Of a stretch of 55,976 bases of DNA, positions 9,063 to 18,784 are shown one piece after another. The position numbers were made by a program, and so were the translations under genes. Positions within the stretch are counted from its first letter, which is position 1, and every line of letters starts with the position of its first letter. The stretch comes from Candidatus Izemoplasmatales bacterium. GTDB taxonomy: Bacteria; Bacillota_I; Bacilli_A; Izemoplasmatales; Hujiaoplasmataceae. The notes below the pieces were generated by a model. That model had not been told where the DNA came from and did not search any database. It was given only the letters and a program-made list of their open reading frames with translations. Location of the stretch: NCBI GenBank assembly GCA_050177605.1, contig JBFXGX010000011.1, positions 1 through 55,976 on the forward strand. The letters run 5' to 3'.

Positions 9063-10648
9063 AAAATGTAGTCGTCGTCGGGGCAGGAATGAGTGGATTA
9101 ACTGCCACAGCATACTTGTTAAAAATGGGACATCAAGTGACACTAATCGAACAAGGTGATAAGCTTGGTGGATTAGTATCTTCATTTAATTACAAAGGAT
9201 TCACTGTAGATGGTGGTGCACGATCAATCGAAAACAACGGTGTCTTATTTCCAATGCTCAAACATCTTGGCATAGACGATATTGAGTGGAAAAAGAGTAT
9301 TGTTTCTCTTGGGCTTGAAGATGAATTTGTGATTCTTCATTCCAAAGACAATATTGACGATTATCAAAACCTCTTGGTTCGTAAATTTCCTGAGGAAAAA
9401 GAAGCAATCAGCCATATTTTTAATGATATAAAAAAATTTATGGATTATATGGATATTTTATATGGTATCGATAATCCTCTCTTTCTAGATATCAAAGAAG
9501 ATCGTGACTATTTCATCAAGAAAATATTTCCTTGGCTATTTAAGTTTTTACGAACCATTGGAAAAATCAAAAAGTATGATACTCCAATCAAACCACACTT
9601 AAATCAATATACGAATAATCAAGAATTGATTGACATTATTTCTCAACACTTTTTCCAACAAACTCCTGTTTTATTTGCTTTAAGTTACTTCTCTATTTAT
9701 TTGGACTATTATTATCCAAAAGGAGGGACTGGTGTTGTTGTTGAGAAAATAGGTGAGTATATAAAAAAACATGGCGCGGATATTCATCTCAATACACGAG
9801 TCAGCGAAGTCAGAATGGATACTCAAACTGTTTATGATTCTGAAGGAAGAGAATATCATTATGATTATTTGGTTTGGGCTGCAGATCAAAAAGCACTCTA
9901 TAGACAGTTGAATATAGAACATATTCCTCATCCAAAAGAAAAGAAACTAATCGAAGATAGAAGAACATATTTGGAAGATAAAAAAGGTGGAGATTCCGTT
10001 TTGTCATTATATTTATTGACAAATATTGATTCCCAAAACTATCCAAAATCCTATACACCACATTTATTCTATACGCCTTCCTCAACTCATTCCTATGACT
10101 TAACTAAATTCATTCGTCATGCAGATGGGCGTGATAAAGAAACAATGATTTCTGCTTTAAAAGAGTATTTAGAGTATACGACTTATGAAATATCAATACC
10201 ATCAAATCGATATCCAGAGCTTTCTCCTAAAGGCAAAAGTGCTATTATCGTTTCAACGTTAATGGACTACGAAATTATGACTCAAATTAGAAACGGTGGA
10301 TGGTATGATGAGTTCAAATCTGTCGTCACTGAAAAAATCATAGAGGTATTGAACAAAACCTTGTTTAAAGGTTTCAAAGATCAAATTTTTGATTCATTTA
10401 TTGCTTCTCCACTTACGGTAGAAAACCGAGTTAAATCCACAGATGGCGCAATTACCGGATGGGCATTTACAAACGATACGAATCCTTCAGTCAATGAAAT
10501 TCCAAAAGTCGCAAAATCTGTCCTCACTGGTCTAACAAATATTGTGCAAGCTGGTCAATGGGCTTATTCACCAGCTGGTATACCAACTGCAGTTATGACT
10601 GGAAAACTAGCTGCGGATCGTGTGCTTAAAAAGTTAAGAAAGAAATAA
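9059..10648 (+). CDS. Phytoene-desaturase-family FAD-dependent oxidoreductase
   Basis: GAGMSGL, E...GG, YPKGG, GAITGW, AGQW...GIPTA; ATG 9059 overlaps the SDR stop (ATGA). Confidence 0.85.
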   Translation: MKNVVVVGAGMSGLTATAYLLKMGHQVTLIEQGDKLGGLVSSFNYKGFTVDGGARSIENNGVLFPMLKHLGIDDIEWKKSIVSLGLEDEFVILHSKDNIDDYQNLLVRKFPEEKEAISHIFNDIKKFMDYMDILYGIDNPLFLDIKEDRDYFIKKIFPWLFKFLRTIGKIKKYDTPIKPHLNQYTNNQELIDIISQHFFQQTPVLFALSYFSIYLDYYYPKGGTGVVVEKIGEYIKKHGADIHLNTRVSEVRMDTQTVYDSEGREYHYDYLVWAADQKALYRQLNIEHIPHPKEKKLIEDRRTYLEDKKGGDSVLSLYLLTNIDSQNYPKSYTPHLFYTPSSTHSYDLTKFIRHADGRDKETMISALKEYLEYTTYEISIPSNRYPELSPKGKSAIIVSTLMDYEIMTQIRNGGWYDEFKSVVTEKIIEVLNKTLFKGFKDQIFDSFIASPLTVENRVKSTDGAITGWAFTNDTNPSVNEIPKVAKSVLTGLTNIVQAGQWAYSPAGIPTAVMTGKLAADRVLKKLRKK

Positions 10649-10711
10649 ACCCAGAATTAAGACATAGTTCAACTACGCCTATCGAAAATAATAATTCATC
10701 CAAAAAAACTG

Positions 10712-10740
10712 TTGACAATGACTCTTATAGAGAATATAAT
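10712..10740 (+). promoter_or_regulatory. Consensus sigma-A promoter of the T-box/trpB transcript
   Basis: TTGACA (10712-10717), 17 bp, TATAAT (10735-10740). Confidence 0.9.
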
Positions 10741-10747
10741 GAATTCA

Positions 10748-10996
10748 AATCGTTGATTGGAAGTAAGTAAAGATATCTTGATTTGTTTAGAGAGTCAGTG
10801 TTTGGTGAAAACTGGTGAAATCAATTATCTTGAATGGGTCCAAGAGAGTTTCTTCGAATCAAGTAGAAGAAAACGGGTGTTCCCGTTACAGAACTAGAGT
10901 ATGTTAGTACTTGAATAAGCGCTTTTTTAAGCGAAATATGAGGTGGCACCACGAATTCAATCGTCCTCTACACATTTTTTGTGTAGAGGTTTTTTT
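10748..10996 (+). promoter_or_regulatory. Tryptophan T-box riboswitch
   Basis: AGAGA (10789) and GGTGAAA (10804) stem-I motifs; specifier GAA-TGG (Trp codon 10835-10837); antiterminator GAGG-TGGCACC-ACG...CGT-CCTC, where C fits the G73 discriminator of tRNA-Trp; terminator CCTCTACACA/TGTGTAGAGG plus T-run at 10965-10996. Confidence 0.95.
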
Positions 10997-11097
10997 AATT
11001 TTTAAGGAGGTACTAAAATGGGTACTTGAAGAGCATTTTCTATCGACAACTTAACGTATAAAAAAAATCAAACAAAAACTAAAGGAGAAAATAGAAA

Positions 11098-12273
11098 ATG
11101 GAATTAGAATATGGAAGATTTGGTGGACAATTTGTTCCACCAGCTGTAATAAAGGCTTTAAATGAATTAGAAATTGCATTTAATGAGGCAATCAATGATC
11201 CTTCTTTTATTGATGAGTTAAACTACTATTTGAGAGACTATGTAGGTAGACCTTCCCCGTTATATTTTGCTGAGAATCTAACTAAAGAACTTGGTGGTGC
11301 AAAAATCTATTTAAAAAGAGAGGATTTGAACCATACAGGGGCACATAAGATAAATAATACAATTGGGCAAATCTTACTTGCTAAAAGAATGGGTAAGAAA
11401 AAAATAATCGCGGAAACTGGTGCAGGTCAACATGGTGTAGCGACTGCGACTGCAGCTGCAATGTTTGGTATGGAATGTGAAGTGTTCCAAGGGGCACTCG
11501 ATATGAAAAGACAAAAGTTAAATGTTTTTCGTATGGAAATGCTCGGAGCGAAGGTTACTGGTGTTGAGCAAGGCACAAAAACACTAGCGGATGCAGTAGA
11601 TTATGCAATTCAAACTTGGGTTGATCGCATAGACGATACTTTTTACTTACTAGGAAGTGCGGTTGGGCCCCATCCGTACCCTACAATCGTAAGGTATTTC
11701 CAAAAAATCATCGGTGAGGAAGCAAAACAACAAATTCTAGATAAAGAAGGAAGGTTACCCGATGTTGTCATGGCTTGTGTTGGCGGGGGATCAAATGCCA
11801 TCGGACTTTTCGCAGATTTCATCCAAAATGAAGAAGTATCCATTATTGGAGTTGAAGCTGCGGGAAAAGGACTAGATACAAATGAACACGCAGCAACCTT
11901 AACTCTTGGGAAAGAAACCGTGATTCACGGAATGAATACTTTTTCAATTGTGAATCCTGATGGTTCAATTAAAGAGGCATACTCTATCAGTGCTGGACTT
12001 GATTATCCTGGTGTTGGACCAGAACATGCTTTACTTAAAGATACGAAACGTGCAGCCTATTTCTCTGCTACTGATAAGGAAGCAGTAGATGCTTTTCTTA
12101 AGTTGTCACAACTTGAAGGAATTATCCCCGCGATTGAATCGAGTCACGCGATTGCTTATGCAATGAAATTAGCTCCAACGATGAAGAAAGACCAAATTAT
12201 TATCGTTAATCTATCTGGTAGAGGAGATAAAGATGTTGAAGCTATTGAAGCGTATTTAAAAAACAACGATTAA
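11098..12273 (+). CDS. trpB: Tryptophan synthase beta chain
   Basis: [24 protein letters not shown] (PLP lysine), [29 protein letters not shown]. Confidence 0.97.
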   Translation: MELEYGRFGGQFVPPAVIKALNELEIAFNEAINDPSFIDELNYYLRDYVGRPSPLYFAENLTKELGGAKIYLKREDLNHTGAHKINNTIGQILLAKRMGKKKIIAETGAGQHGVATATAAAMFGMECEVFQGALDMKRQKLNVFRMEMLGAKVTGVEQGTKTLADAVDYAIQTWVDRIDDTFYLLGSAVGPHPYPTIVRYFQKIIGEEAKQQILDKEGRLPDVVMACVGGGSNAIGLFADFIQNEEVSIIGVEAAGKGLDTNEHAATLTLGKETVIHGMNTFSIVNPDGSIKEAYSISAGLDYPGVGPEHALLKDTKRAAYFSATDKEAVDAFLKLSQLEGIIPAIESSHAIAYAMKLAPTMKKDQIIIVNLSGRGDKDVEAIEAYLKNND

Positions 12274-12281
12274 TGAAAACA

Positions 12282-12320
12282 AAAAGAGCCATTTGGAATA
12301 GTATTCCATTTGGCTCTTTT
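12282..12320. terminator. Bidirectional terminator after trpB
   Basis: AAAAGAGCCA..TGGAATA-G-TATTCCA..TGGCTCTTTT inverted repeat between convergent genes. Confidence 0.8.
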
Positions 12321-12331
12321 ATACGAAGTAA

Positions 12332-12871
12332 TTATTGTTTTGTATAATCTTGTTTTCTGATGGAACCATCAACTTTGTGAATAACTACTGACGATCCAGC
12401 AGCATTCGCTAAACCTTCTGCAAATGCAATCGCATCTTTTTGAGTATCAAAAAATTTAATGGTTTTTTCTGAACCTTCTTTACGTACACGCCATTTCTTA
12501 AAATTCGGACTCTTTTCATCCTTGTTTTGAGACACATGATACTTCGGATTCTTTACAGGAGTTTTTTTCAATTCTTCTGTAACAGGTTTTTCTTTTTCAA
12601 CTGTATTTTCTTCTGTAATAGTTTGAGGTTCTAAAACGATTTCTTCCTTTGGTTCTTCCTTCACTACCTGTGGTTCAACAATGGTTTCCTCTTTTTCAAC
12701 TTCCTTTTGAACGACTACCTCAGGGACAATTTCCTTTGGGGTTTCTTTAGCTTGTTCCACTTTTTCTGGAGTGGCTACTTTCTTTGGTTTACTAGTAAGG
12801 ATAAAAATGAAAGCAATCAAGATGACTAGTCCAATAATGAAATAATACCAGTTTTCAATAATAAATTCCAC
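12332..12871 (-). CDS. DUF2188 domain protein with N-terminal membrane anchor and E/K/P-rich linker
   Basis: GTG 12871 after a G-rich RBS; YHV...WRVRKEGSEK...FDTQKDAI...VVIHKVDGSIR. Confidence 0.8.
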   Translation of the reverse strand: MEFIIENWYYFIIGLVILIAFIFILTSKPKKVATPEKVEQAKETPKEIVPEVVVQKEVEKEETIVEPQVVKEEPKEEIVLEPQTITEENTVEKEKPVTEELKKTPVKNPKYHVSQNKDEKSPNFKKWRVRKEGSEKTIKFFDTQKDAIAFAEGLANAAGSSVVIHKVDGSIRKQDYTKQ

Positions 12872-12989
12872 AATAAATCCCCCTTCATATATATATTTTA
12901 TGGACAATTCCATTATAACTCAATATCAAGAAAAAAGGTCAAAATTGACTTATTTATTGCATTTTTTACAAAAATTTCTAGTAGATTTG

Positions 12990-13346
12990 CTATTTTGATG
13001 ATCGTAATATTTTTTCTAAAGCCTTCCCTTTTGCGAGTTCATCGACTAGTTTATCAAGATACCGTATATTTTTCATTAAATCTTCTTCAATATCCTGAAT
13101 AATCACGCCACAAATTGAACCGGTGATGAAAGAACGATTCGGATTTAGGCGAGGTGCACGCTCAAAGAAAACGGTCATTGTCTGATTGTTTTCCAGTACG
13201 TGATGCAATTCATCTTCATTATATCCTGTGAGCCAATAAATGATTTGATCGAGTTCAGACTTTTCTCTCCCCTTTTTCTCTATTTTTTGGATGTAAAGAG
13301 GATACACAGTTGAAAACGCAATGTCATAAATTTTGTTTTTTTTCAT
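12990..13346 (-). CDS. DUF2200 family protein
   Basis: FSTVYPLYIQKIEKKGR...IIYWLTGY...LNPNR...IRYLDKLVDELAKG; ATG 13346. Confidence 0.88.
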   Translation of the reverse strand: MKKNKIYDIAFSTVYPLYIQKIEKKGREKSELDQIIYWLTGYNEDELHHVLENNQTMTVFFERAPRLNPNRSFITGSICGVIIQDIEEDLMKNIRYLDKLVDELAKGKALEKILRSSK

Positions 13347-13347
13347 C

Positions 13348-14838
13348 TTATTCGTCCTTTGTGCGTATACTTGAGTGGAAAGAATGCTGAGCGTGAGTTC
13401 TGTCGTACACGGTAACATTCCACAACTCGTTTGAAGTTACACGTATAAACGCTTGCTCGTTTTCTGGCTGATATGCAATATGTAAACAATCATTTCCTAT
13501 ATGAAGTTGATCAATTGAATAGGCATTCTGTTCTTGAATGTGAATATAAAGTTCATGATGAAGATAATTTAGTTTGATTCCAAAGATATCTTCAATAAGG
13601 ATTGTAATTGGAGCGAGTCCAGTCCAACCAACAAAATCAGGACGAGCAATCGACTGGTGCTTTCCTGTTTTGGATTCATATACTTCATATAACTTTTGAA
13701 ATTCACTATAATCTTGAACAATTCCTTGAAGATATCTTTTTGCTAGTTGATGTTTTTCAGAGTAGTAACCATATCTTTCAAGTGCCTTGAATACCATATA
13801 ATTTGTTGGTGCCCATACTCCACCTCGCCAATAGTTATCATCGCATAAAGGGTGATGACTCGCGAGTCCAGGAATCACCATCGTTGTATAGAAGTCAGAA
13901 GGATTCATTAGGTGTTCAACCATTCTTTTGGCTTGCTTAACACTTGCAAGGCCTGAGAGCATTACCCAAAACGATCCAATGGTCATGATCTTTGTTAATT
14001 GACCAAAACGGTTTTTATCATAGAAAAAGCCAGTATCTTCATCCCACATTTCTTGGATTTTTACAGATAAAAGATGATACTCATCTTCCATATCTGTTGG
14101 AATTTTTACGTCGATTTCTTTTGCAATTTTGATGAGACAATCACAAGATAAAGCTTGCTGGGCTGTCATATCGATCCAAGATAAAAAACCATGATGAAAT
14201 TCAGGAGAATATTCAGCCGATTGTCTTGGTAAATTATCCATCCCACTACCCCATCCTGAAGTGAAATATGTTCCGTCTTTCCAAGTTCGATAATTTCTGA
14301 GCCACTGATGATAACTCGTTATTACTGGATAGACCTTTTTTAGTCTTTCAAGATCACCAGTGAGTTGATATCGATCCCATTCTATCCATGCAAATAGATT
14401 GGGTCCAGTACTACTATAATCAAACCTTTCAAATCTTTCTAAACCTGTTTCTTCATGAATTTCTCTACAAATAAAACCATCGCTATGCTGCGTTTGATAT
14501 AAATTATCGAGCGTTCCAAAAAAAGGAAATGCTGACGCGGCATATTTACCAAAATGCATCATAAATACACTGTCCCACATAAATAAGTGATCATTAAAAC
14601 AAGTGTCTATAAATGGTTTATAGAAATAGTCGTTAGCTGGTTTCAGTGAAGAATATGCTTGTTTCCATGCATAGTTATAACAAGAGATTGTTTCCTCGTT
14701 GTTACTCCATGCTATCCTAGGTGTATTCTTTATAAAATGTTCTATTGACGGCACAGTGGTAACCTTCAAAGGCTTCATTTTGAAAGTATTTTTTTTCGTT
14801 AGTTCATTTTCTACATGAATATCATAATAGCTTGTCAT
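13348..14838 (-). CDS. MGH1-like (GH63/trehalase-like) glycoside hydrolase
   Basis: FMWDSVF, GFICREI, WGSGMDN, YWRGGVWAPTNY, DFVGWTG. Confidence 0.85.
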   Translation of the reverse strand: MTSYYDIHVENELTKKNTFKMKPLKVTTVPSIEHFIKNTPRIAWSNNEETISCYNYAWKQAYSSLKPANDYFYKPFIDTCFNDHLFMWDSVFMMHFGKYAASAFPFFGTLDNLYQTQHSDGFICREIHEETGLERFERFDYSSTGPNLFAWIEWDRYQLTGDLERLKKVYPVITSYHQWLRNYRTWKDGTYFTSGWGSGMDNLPRQSAEYSPEFHHGFLSWIDMTAQQALSCDCLIKIAKEIDVKIPTDMEDEYHLLSVKIQEMWDEDTGFFYDKNRFGQLTKIMTIGSFWVMLSGLASVKQAKRMVEHLMNPSDFYTTMVIPGLASHHPLCDDNYWRGGVWAPTNYMVFKALERYGYYSEKHQLAKRYLQGIVQDYSEFQKLYEVYESKTGKHQSIARPDFVGWTGLAPITILIEDIFGIKLNYLHHELYIHIQEQNAYSIDQLHIGNDCLHIAYQPENEQAFIRVTSNELWNVTVYDRTHAQHSFHSSIRTKDE

Positions 14839-14861
14839 TTGTTTACAAGATCCTTTTATAT

Positions 14862-15800
14862 TTAGATTGAGGAGTATCTTCGAATATTTTCTTCGATGAT
14901 ATCCCAGTATTTCTCCACATCGATGTCTGTTGCGACATAGATGTTTTTTTCTAAATGCATATAATCAAATATGTCGCAATTGGTTCTTCCATAACTTGAA
15001 CTATGCGCTATATCAATATCACAATGAACATGTTTAAGTGTTACGACGGTAGGGTCTAATAAATAAGCGATTGTGACTGGGTCGTGCAGTGGACCACCTT
15101 CAAAACCAAATACTTGGCGTTGGTTTTGATTGAATACTTCCATTAATTTAACAAATAAGTCAGATGCATGATTATTGATTTTTCTCATACGCTCAATCAC
15201 ACTTGGCAATACTTTCACTTTTCTAGTCACATCAAGGCCAAACATCTTCACGGTTAATCCTGAGTTAAAAACAATATAGGCAGCTTCAGGATCGGATTGA
15301 ATATTGAATTCAGCAGCGGGTGTAACATTTCCGTTTGAAATCGATCCTCCCATTAATACAACTTCTTTAATATTGGATTTAATGCTAGGATCTACTTTGA
15401 GTGCCAATGCTAAATTCGTCATTGGTCCTGTCGTGACAATCGTCACCTTTTCTTTTGAATGATGAATAGCTTCAATCATAAAGTTTACAGCGTTTCGTTT
15501 ATCAAAACCAAATTTTGGTTCATCAAAATCAAATCCATCAAGTCCTGATGCACCATGGATTGCTTCACAAACAACAACCTCTTTAATGAGTGGTTCTGGT
15601 GTACCTAAACATACAGGGACATTGATATTTAAATAAGATGCTAAGTTTAATGCATTTTTTCCTGTTTTTTCTAGCGTCTGGTTACCGCATTCAACAGTTA
15701 TACCAAGTAAATCAAAAGCAGGATGATGTCCAACGAGAAGAATCGCTATAGCGTCATCATGGCCAGGATCACAGTCTAGTATAAGTGGTAGTTTATTCAT
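14862..15800 (-). CDS. Inosine/uridine-preferring nucleoside hydrolase
   Basis: DCDPGHDD, HGASGL, GPMTN, AEFN..DPEAA, LHDP. Confidence 0.95.
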   Translation of the reverse strand: MNKLPLILDCDPGHDDAIAILLVGHHPAFDLLGITVECGNQTLEKTGKNALNLASYLNINVPVCLGTPEPLIKEVVVCEAIHGASGLDGFDFDEPKFGFDKRNAVNFMIEAIHHSKEKVTIVTTGPMTNLALALKVDPSIKSNIKEVVLMGGSISNGNVTPAAEFNIQSDPEAAYIVFNSGLTVKMFGLDVTRKVKVLPSVIERMRKINNHASDLFVKLMEVFNQNQRQVFGFEGGPLHDPVTIAYLLDPTVVTLKHVHCDIDIAHSSSYGRTNCDIFDYMHLEKNIYVATDIDVEKYWDIIEENIRRYSSI

Positions 15801-16716
15801 GAAAATCCTCCTTATAGATTACTTCAATTTCTTTTTTTGTAGGGATTGATGCGCCAGCGCCATACCTAGAAATAGTGATAGAACTAGCAATGGTCGCTAA
15901 TTTCATCGATTTTTCAATACTAAATCCTTGTAACATCGAACTTGCATACACACCGAGATAAGTATCACCTGCAGCAGTGGTATCTACTACCTGAACTTTT
16001 TTTGCTGGTTCTTTGATCTGTTTGTTCGCTGAATAGTAGATACTTCCTTGATCACCAAGTGTAATGATGACTTCTTTGACGCCATATTCTAAAAACAGAT
16101 TCAAAGCTTTCAGTGTTTGTTCTTCGTTGGTTGGTTCGATTCCTGTAAGAATATTCGTTTCTGTTTCATTGACCACTAAAAGGTCGACGTGTTCATATAG
16201 TTCTATTGGGAGAGGGTAAGCTGGGGCTGCATTAAGGATTGTCTTCATTCCTTTCTCTCGAGCAAGTTTGAAACTAGATAGAATTATTTCTAAAGGAATT
16301 TCTAGTTGAGCGATGAGTATGTCAAAAGCATCACCTTTTGCAAGGGCTTCTTCAATCACTTGTAGTTTTTGATACTTGTTCGCACCAGAATCAACGATAA
16401 TTCGATTATCGTTATTTTCAAGCAATATTCCTGCGACACCAACACTTGCTTGGTCGGTTTTTGTAACATATTCTGTATGGACGCTTGCAGATTTAAGTGA
16501 TTGTAAACAGGCTTCTGATAATGAATCCTTCCCAACCGAACCAATCATATAAGTATCAATTTCTTGTCTTGCACAAGCGATAGCTTGATTGGCTCCCTTT
16601 CCTCCAGGTGTCATAAAAAATTTGTTACTGTGAACTGTCTCACCTTTTAGCGGAAGTTTATCTAACTCAAATACCAAGTCCATATTAATACTTCCTAGAA
16701 CATAAATTCGCTTCAT
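15793..16716 (-). CDS. rbsK: Ribokinase
   Basis: GSINMD, PGGKGANQA, NAAPA, VNETE, DTTAAGDT. Confidence 0.93.
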   Translation of the reverse strand: MKRIYVLGSINMDLVFELDKLPLKGETVHSNKFFMTPGGKGANQAIACARQEIDTYMIGSVGKDSLSEACLQSLKSASVHTEYVTKTDQASVGVAGILLENNDNRIIVDSGANKYQKLQVIEEALAKGDAFDILIAQLEIPLEIILSSFKLAREKGMKTILNAAPAYPLPIELYEHVDLLVVNETETNILTGIEPTNEEQTLKALNLFLEYGVKEVIITLGDQGSIYYSANKQIKEPAKKVQVVDTTAAGDTYLGVYASSMLQGFSIEKSMKLATIASSITISRYGAGASIPTKKEIEVIYKEDFHE

Positions 16717-16788
16717 AAAATTCCTCGTTTCTTAAGAGCTATATCTAAACATCACAATTCTATTTTATCATAGAATAGAAAGGTTCAT

Positions 16789-16835
16789 TTGACAATTCAT
16801 TAAAAGATAGTATAATATAGTTAGAATTCTAACTA
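16789..16835 (+). promoter_or_regulatory. Promoter and palindromic MarR-type operator
   Basis: TTGACA (16789), 16 bp, TATAAT (16811), followed by the perfect 18-bp palindrome TAGTTAGAATTCTAACTA (16818-16835). Confidence 0.8.
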
Positions 16836-16850
16836 ATATGAGGTGAAACG

Positions 16851-17294
16851 ATGAATATTACCCTTTTTAGACAATTTGCAGATGGTGTGATGAGAGATTT
16901 TCATCCGAAATTAAGTGAAAAATTAAGAGGACGTGAAATCCATCTTATTACCCTTTTAGCGAAAGAACCGAATATGCCTCTATTTTTTTATGCTGAGCAT
17001 ATTGGGCTCGAAAGAGGTTCCTTCACCTATATGGTAGATGTTCTTGAAGAAAGAGGGATTTTAGTAAGGAAAAGTAATCCATTCGACAAACGACATAAAT
17101 CTATTGTACTCACGGATAAAGGATTATCTTTGGTAAGAGAAGCTGAGGAGCAATTACAAGATTTTATGAAAATATTCGTTAGTAAGTTGTCCGAAGAGGA
17201 CCAATCTCTTTTAGAACAGTCCTATCAACTCATTTCTAGACTGATGATGGACCGACCTCATCCTCCAGATATTAGGAGGGAAGAAGATGAATAA
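16851..17294 (+). CDS. MarR family regulator
   Basis: AEHIGLERGSFTYMVDVLEERG...DKRHKSIVLTDKG winged helix. Confidence 0.9.
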   Translation: MNITLFRQFADGVMRDFHPKLSEKLRGREIHLITLLAKEPNMPLFFYAEHIGLERGSFTYMVDVLEERGILVRKSNPFDKRHKSIVLTDKGLSLVREAEEQLQDFMKIFVSKLSEEDQSLLEQSYQLISRLMMDRPHPPDIRREEDE

Positions 17295-18672
17295 AATAGT
17301 ACTTAGCTTATCCTTGGTGGTTACACTCTTTTCGCTCATTGCTTGTACAAACACCGAAGCCGCAACTACAAATGACATTACCTATTCAAATGAGCCCAAT
17401 ACAACTGATCTTAGTTCATTCAGTAGCGAGGAAGAGATAATCGATGCCCTGATTTATCCTCATAATCAGGTCATTGAAGTCAATATCGATATTGATGATA
17501 CTGAATACTCAGATTTAATTGTCAATGCAACCCTAGAAGAGTATCATCCTTGTAATATAACCTATAACGGATTTACGTTGAATAACGTCGCGATTCGTAC
17601 AAAGGGGAATTCTAGTTTAAGAGATGTTGCTAGAAGCAATGGTACTAGATTTAGTTATAATATTGATCTCAATTATTTTGAAGACCAAGATTTATTCGGA
17701 CTTGATAAACTGATACTAAATAACCTTTACATGGATCCTTCAATGATTGCGGAATATACCGCCTATGAAGCGATGGACTCACTTGGAGTTATTTCATCGA
17801 AAACAACATTTATCGCATTATTTATCAATCAAAGTTATTATGGTCTTTATCTTTCGGTAGAACATGTAGGGAATGAGTTTTTAGATAATCGATTTGGTAA
17901 TTCTGAAGGTGAGTTTTACAAACCAGAAATAGAAGAAGGATCAGCTGGATCCCTTGGTGGAGCGAGCCTAGATTATGTAAGTGATGACTTCGATTACTCA
18001 AATTTGATTGACAAATTCAATGATACGCTGATTATTGATAATACCAAAATTATCGATTTGATGAAACGGCTCGAACTGAACAATCAAATTGGAGAAGTAT
18101 TTGATATGGCTCAATATCTAAAGTATCTTGCGGTATCAACCTATACAGTAAACTTAGATTCATATCAAGGAGGAATTTTTCACAATTACTATCTATATAA
18201 TAATAATGGTATCTTTGAATGGATTCCTTGGGACCTGAATATGGCTTATAATGGGTTCCCTGGCGTAAGGCTAACAGATAATGCAGCAATCGCATATTTA
18301 ATTGATGAACCCGTGGTGAATTCAATGGACAATTATCCGCTTATTGATGCCTGTTTTTCAAACCAAGACAATATTGAAAGTTATCATATTTATATGACTA
18401 TGCTCATTGAAAACTATTATCAAATTGATCATTTTACTTCAAGAGTTGAAGAAATTGTATCGATGATTGATCACTATGTCGAAAGCGACCCGAATCGTTT
18501 TTACTCTTATCAAGATTTTTTGAGTGCTGTCAGTGGCACATCCACAACAACTTATAGTATTATCACCTTTGTTTCAAAAAGAACAGATAATGTAAGGGAT
18601 CAGTTACTTGGGATTACAGCTAGTACTAACAATCGAAACGGAAATATCGTGACAGTTTCTTTACCAAGGTAA
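17287..18672 (+). CDS. CotH kinase family lipoprotein
   Basis: Lipobox LIAC; IRTKGNSS, KLILNN, YGLY..VE, NLDSY, HNYYLY, IPWDLNMA. Confidence 0.9.
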   Translation: MNKIVLSLSLVVTLFSLIACTNTEAATTNDITYSNEPNTTDLSSFSSEEEIIDALIYPHNQVIEVNIDIDDTEYSDLIVNATLEEYHPCNITYNGFTLNNVAIRTKGNSSLRDVARSNGTRFSYNIDLNYFEDQDLFGLDKLILNNLYMDPSMIAEYTAYEAMDSLGVISSKTTFIALFINQSYYGLYLSVEHVGNEFLDNRFGNSEGEFYKPEIEEGSAGSLGGASLDYVSDDFDYSNLIDKFNDTLIIDNTKIIDLMKRLELNNQIGEVFDMAQYLKYLAVSTYTVNLDSYQGGIFHNYYLYNNNGIFEWIPWDLNMAYNGFPGVRLTDNAAIAYLIDEPVVNSMDNYPLIDACFSNQDNIESYHIYMTMLIENYYQIDHFTSRVEEIVSMIDHYVESDPNRFYSYQDFLSAVSGTSTTTYSIITFVSKRTDNVRDQLLGITASTNNRNGNIVTVSLPR

Positions 18673-18720
18673 AATATAAAAAAGGACAAACAAGCAGTTT
18701 GTCTTTTTCTTTGAATAAAA

Positions 18721-18740
18721 ATGTGTAAATGGTTTCACAT
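18721..18740 (+). promoter_or_regulatory. Candidate LacI/CcpA-type operator upstream of GH81
   Basis: TGTAAATGGTTTCA (18724-18737) matches the cre consensus TGWAANCGNTNWCA at 13/14 positions; flanked by ATGTG/CACAT. Confidence 0.45.
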
Positions 18741-18784
18741 TATGGTATCATTAAGTATAAGATTTAATTTATCGAGGTGCTCAA

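Noticed and set aside
11018..11107. Genetic code 4 (TGA = Trp) as the explanation for the mini-ORF
   Set aside because: Several genes end in TGA (2034, 9062, 27888, 43603, 46417) and long ORFs have no in-frame TGA.
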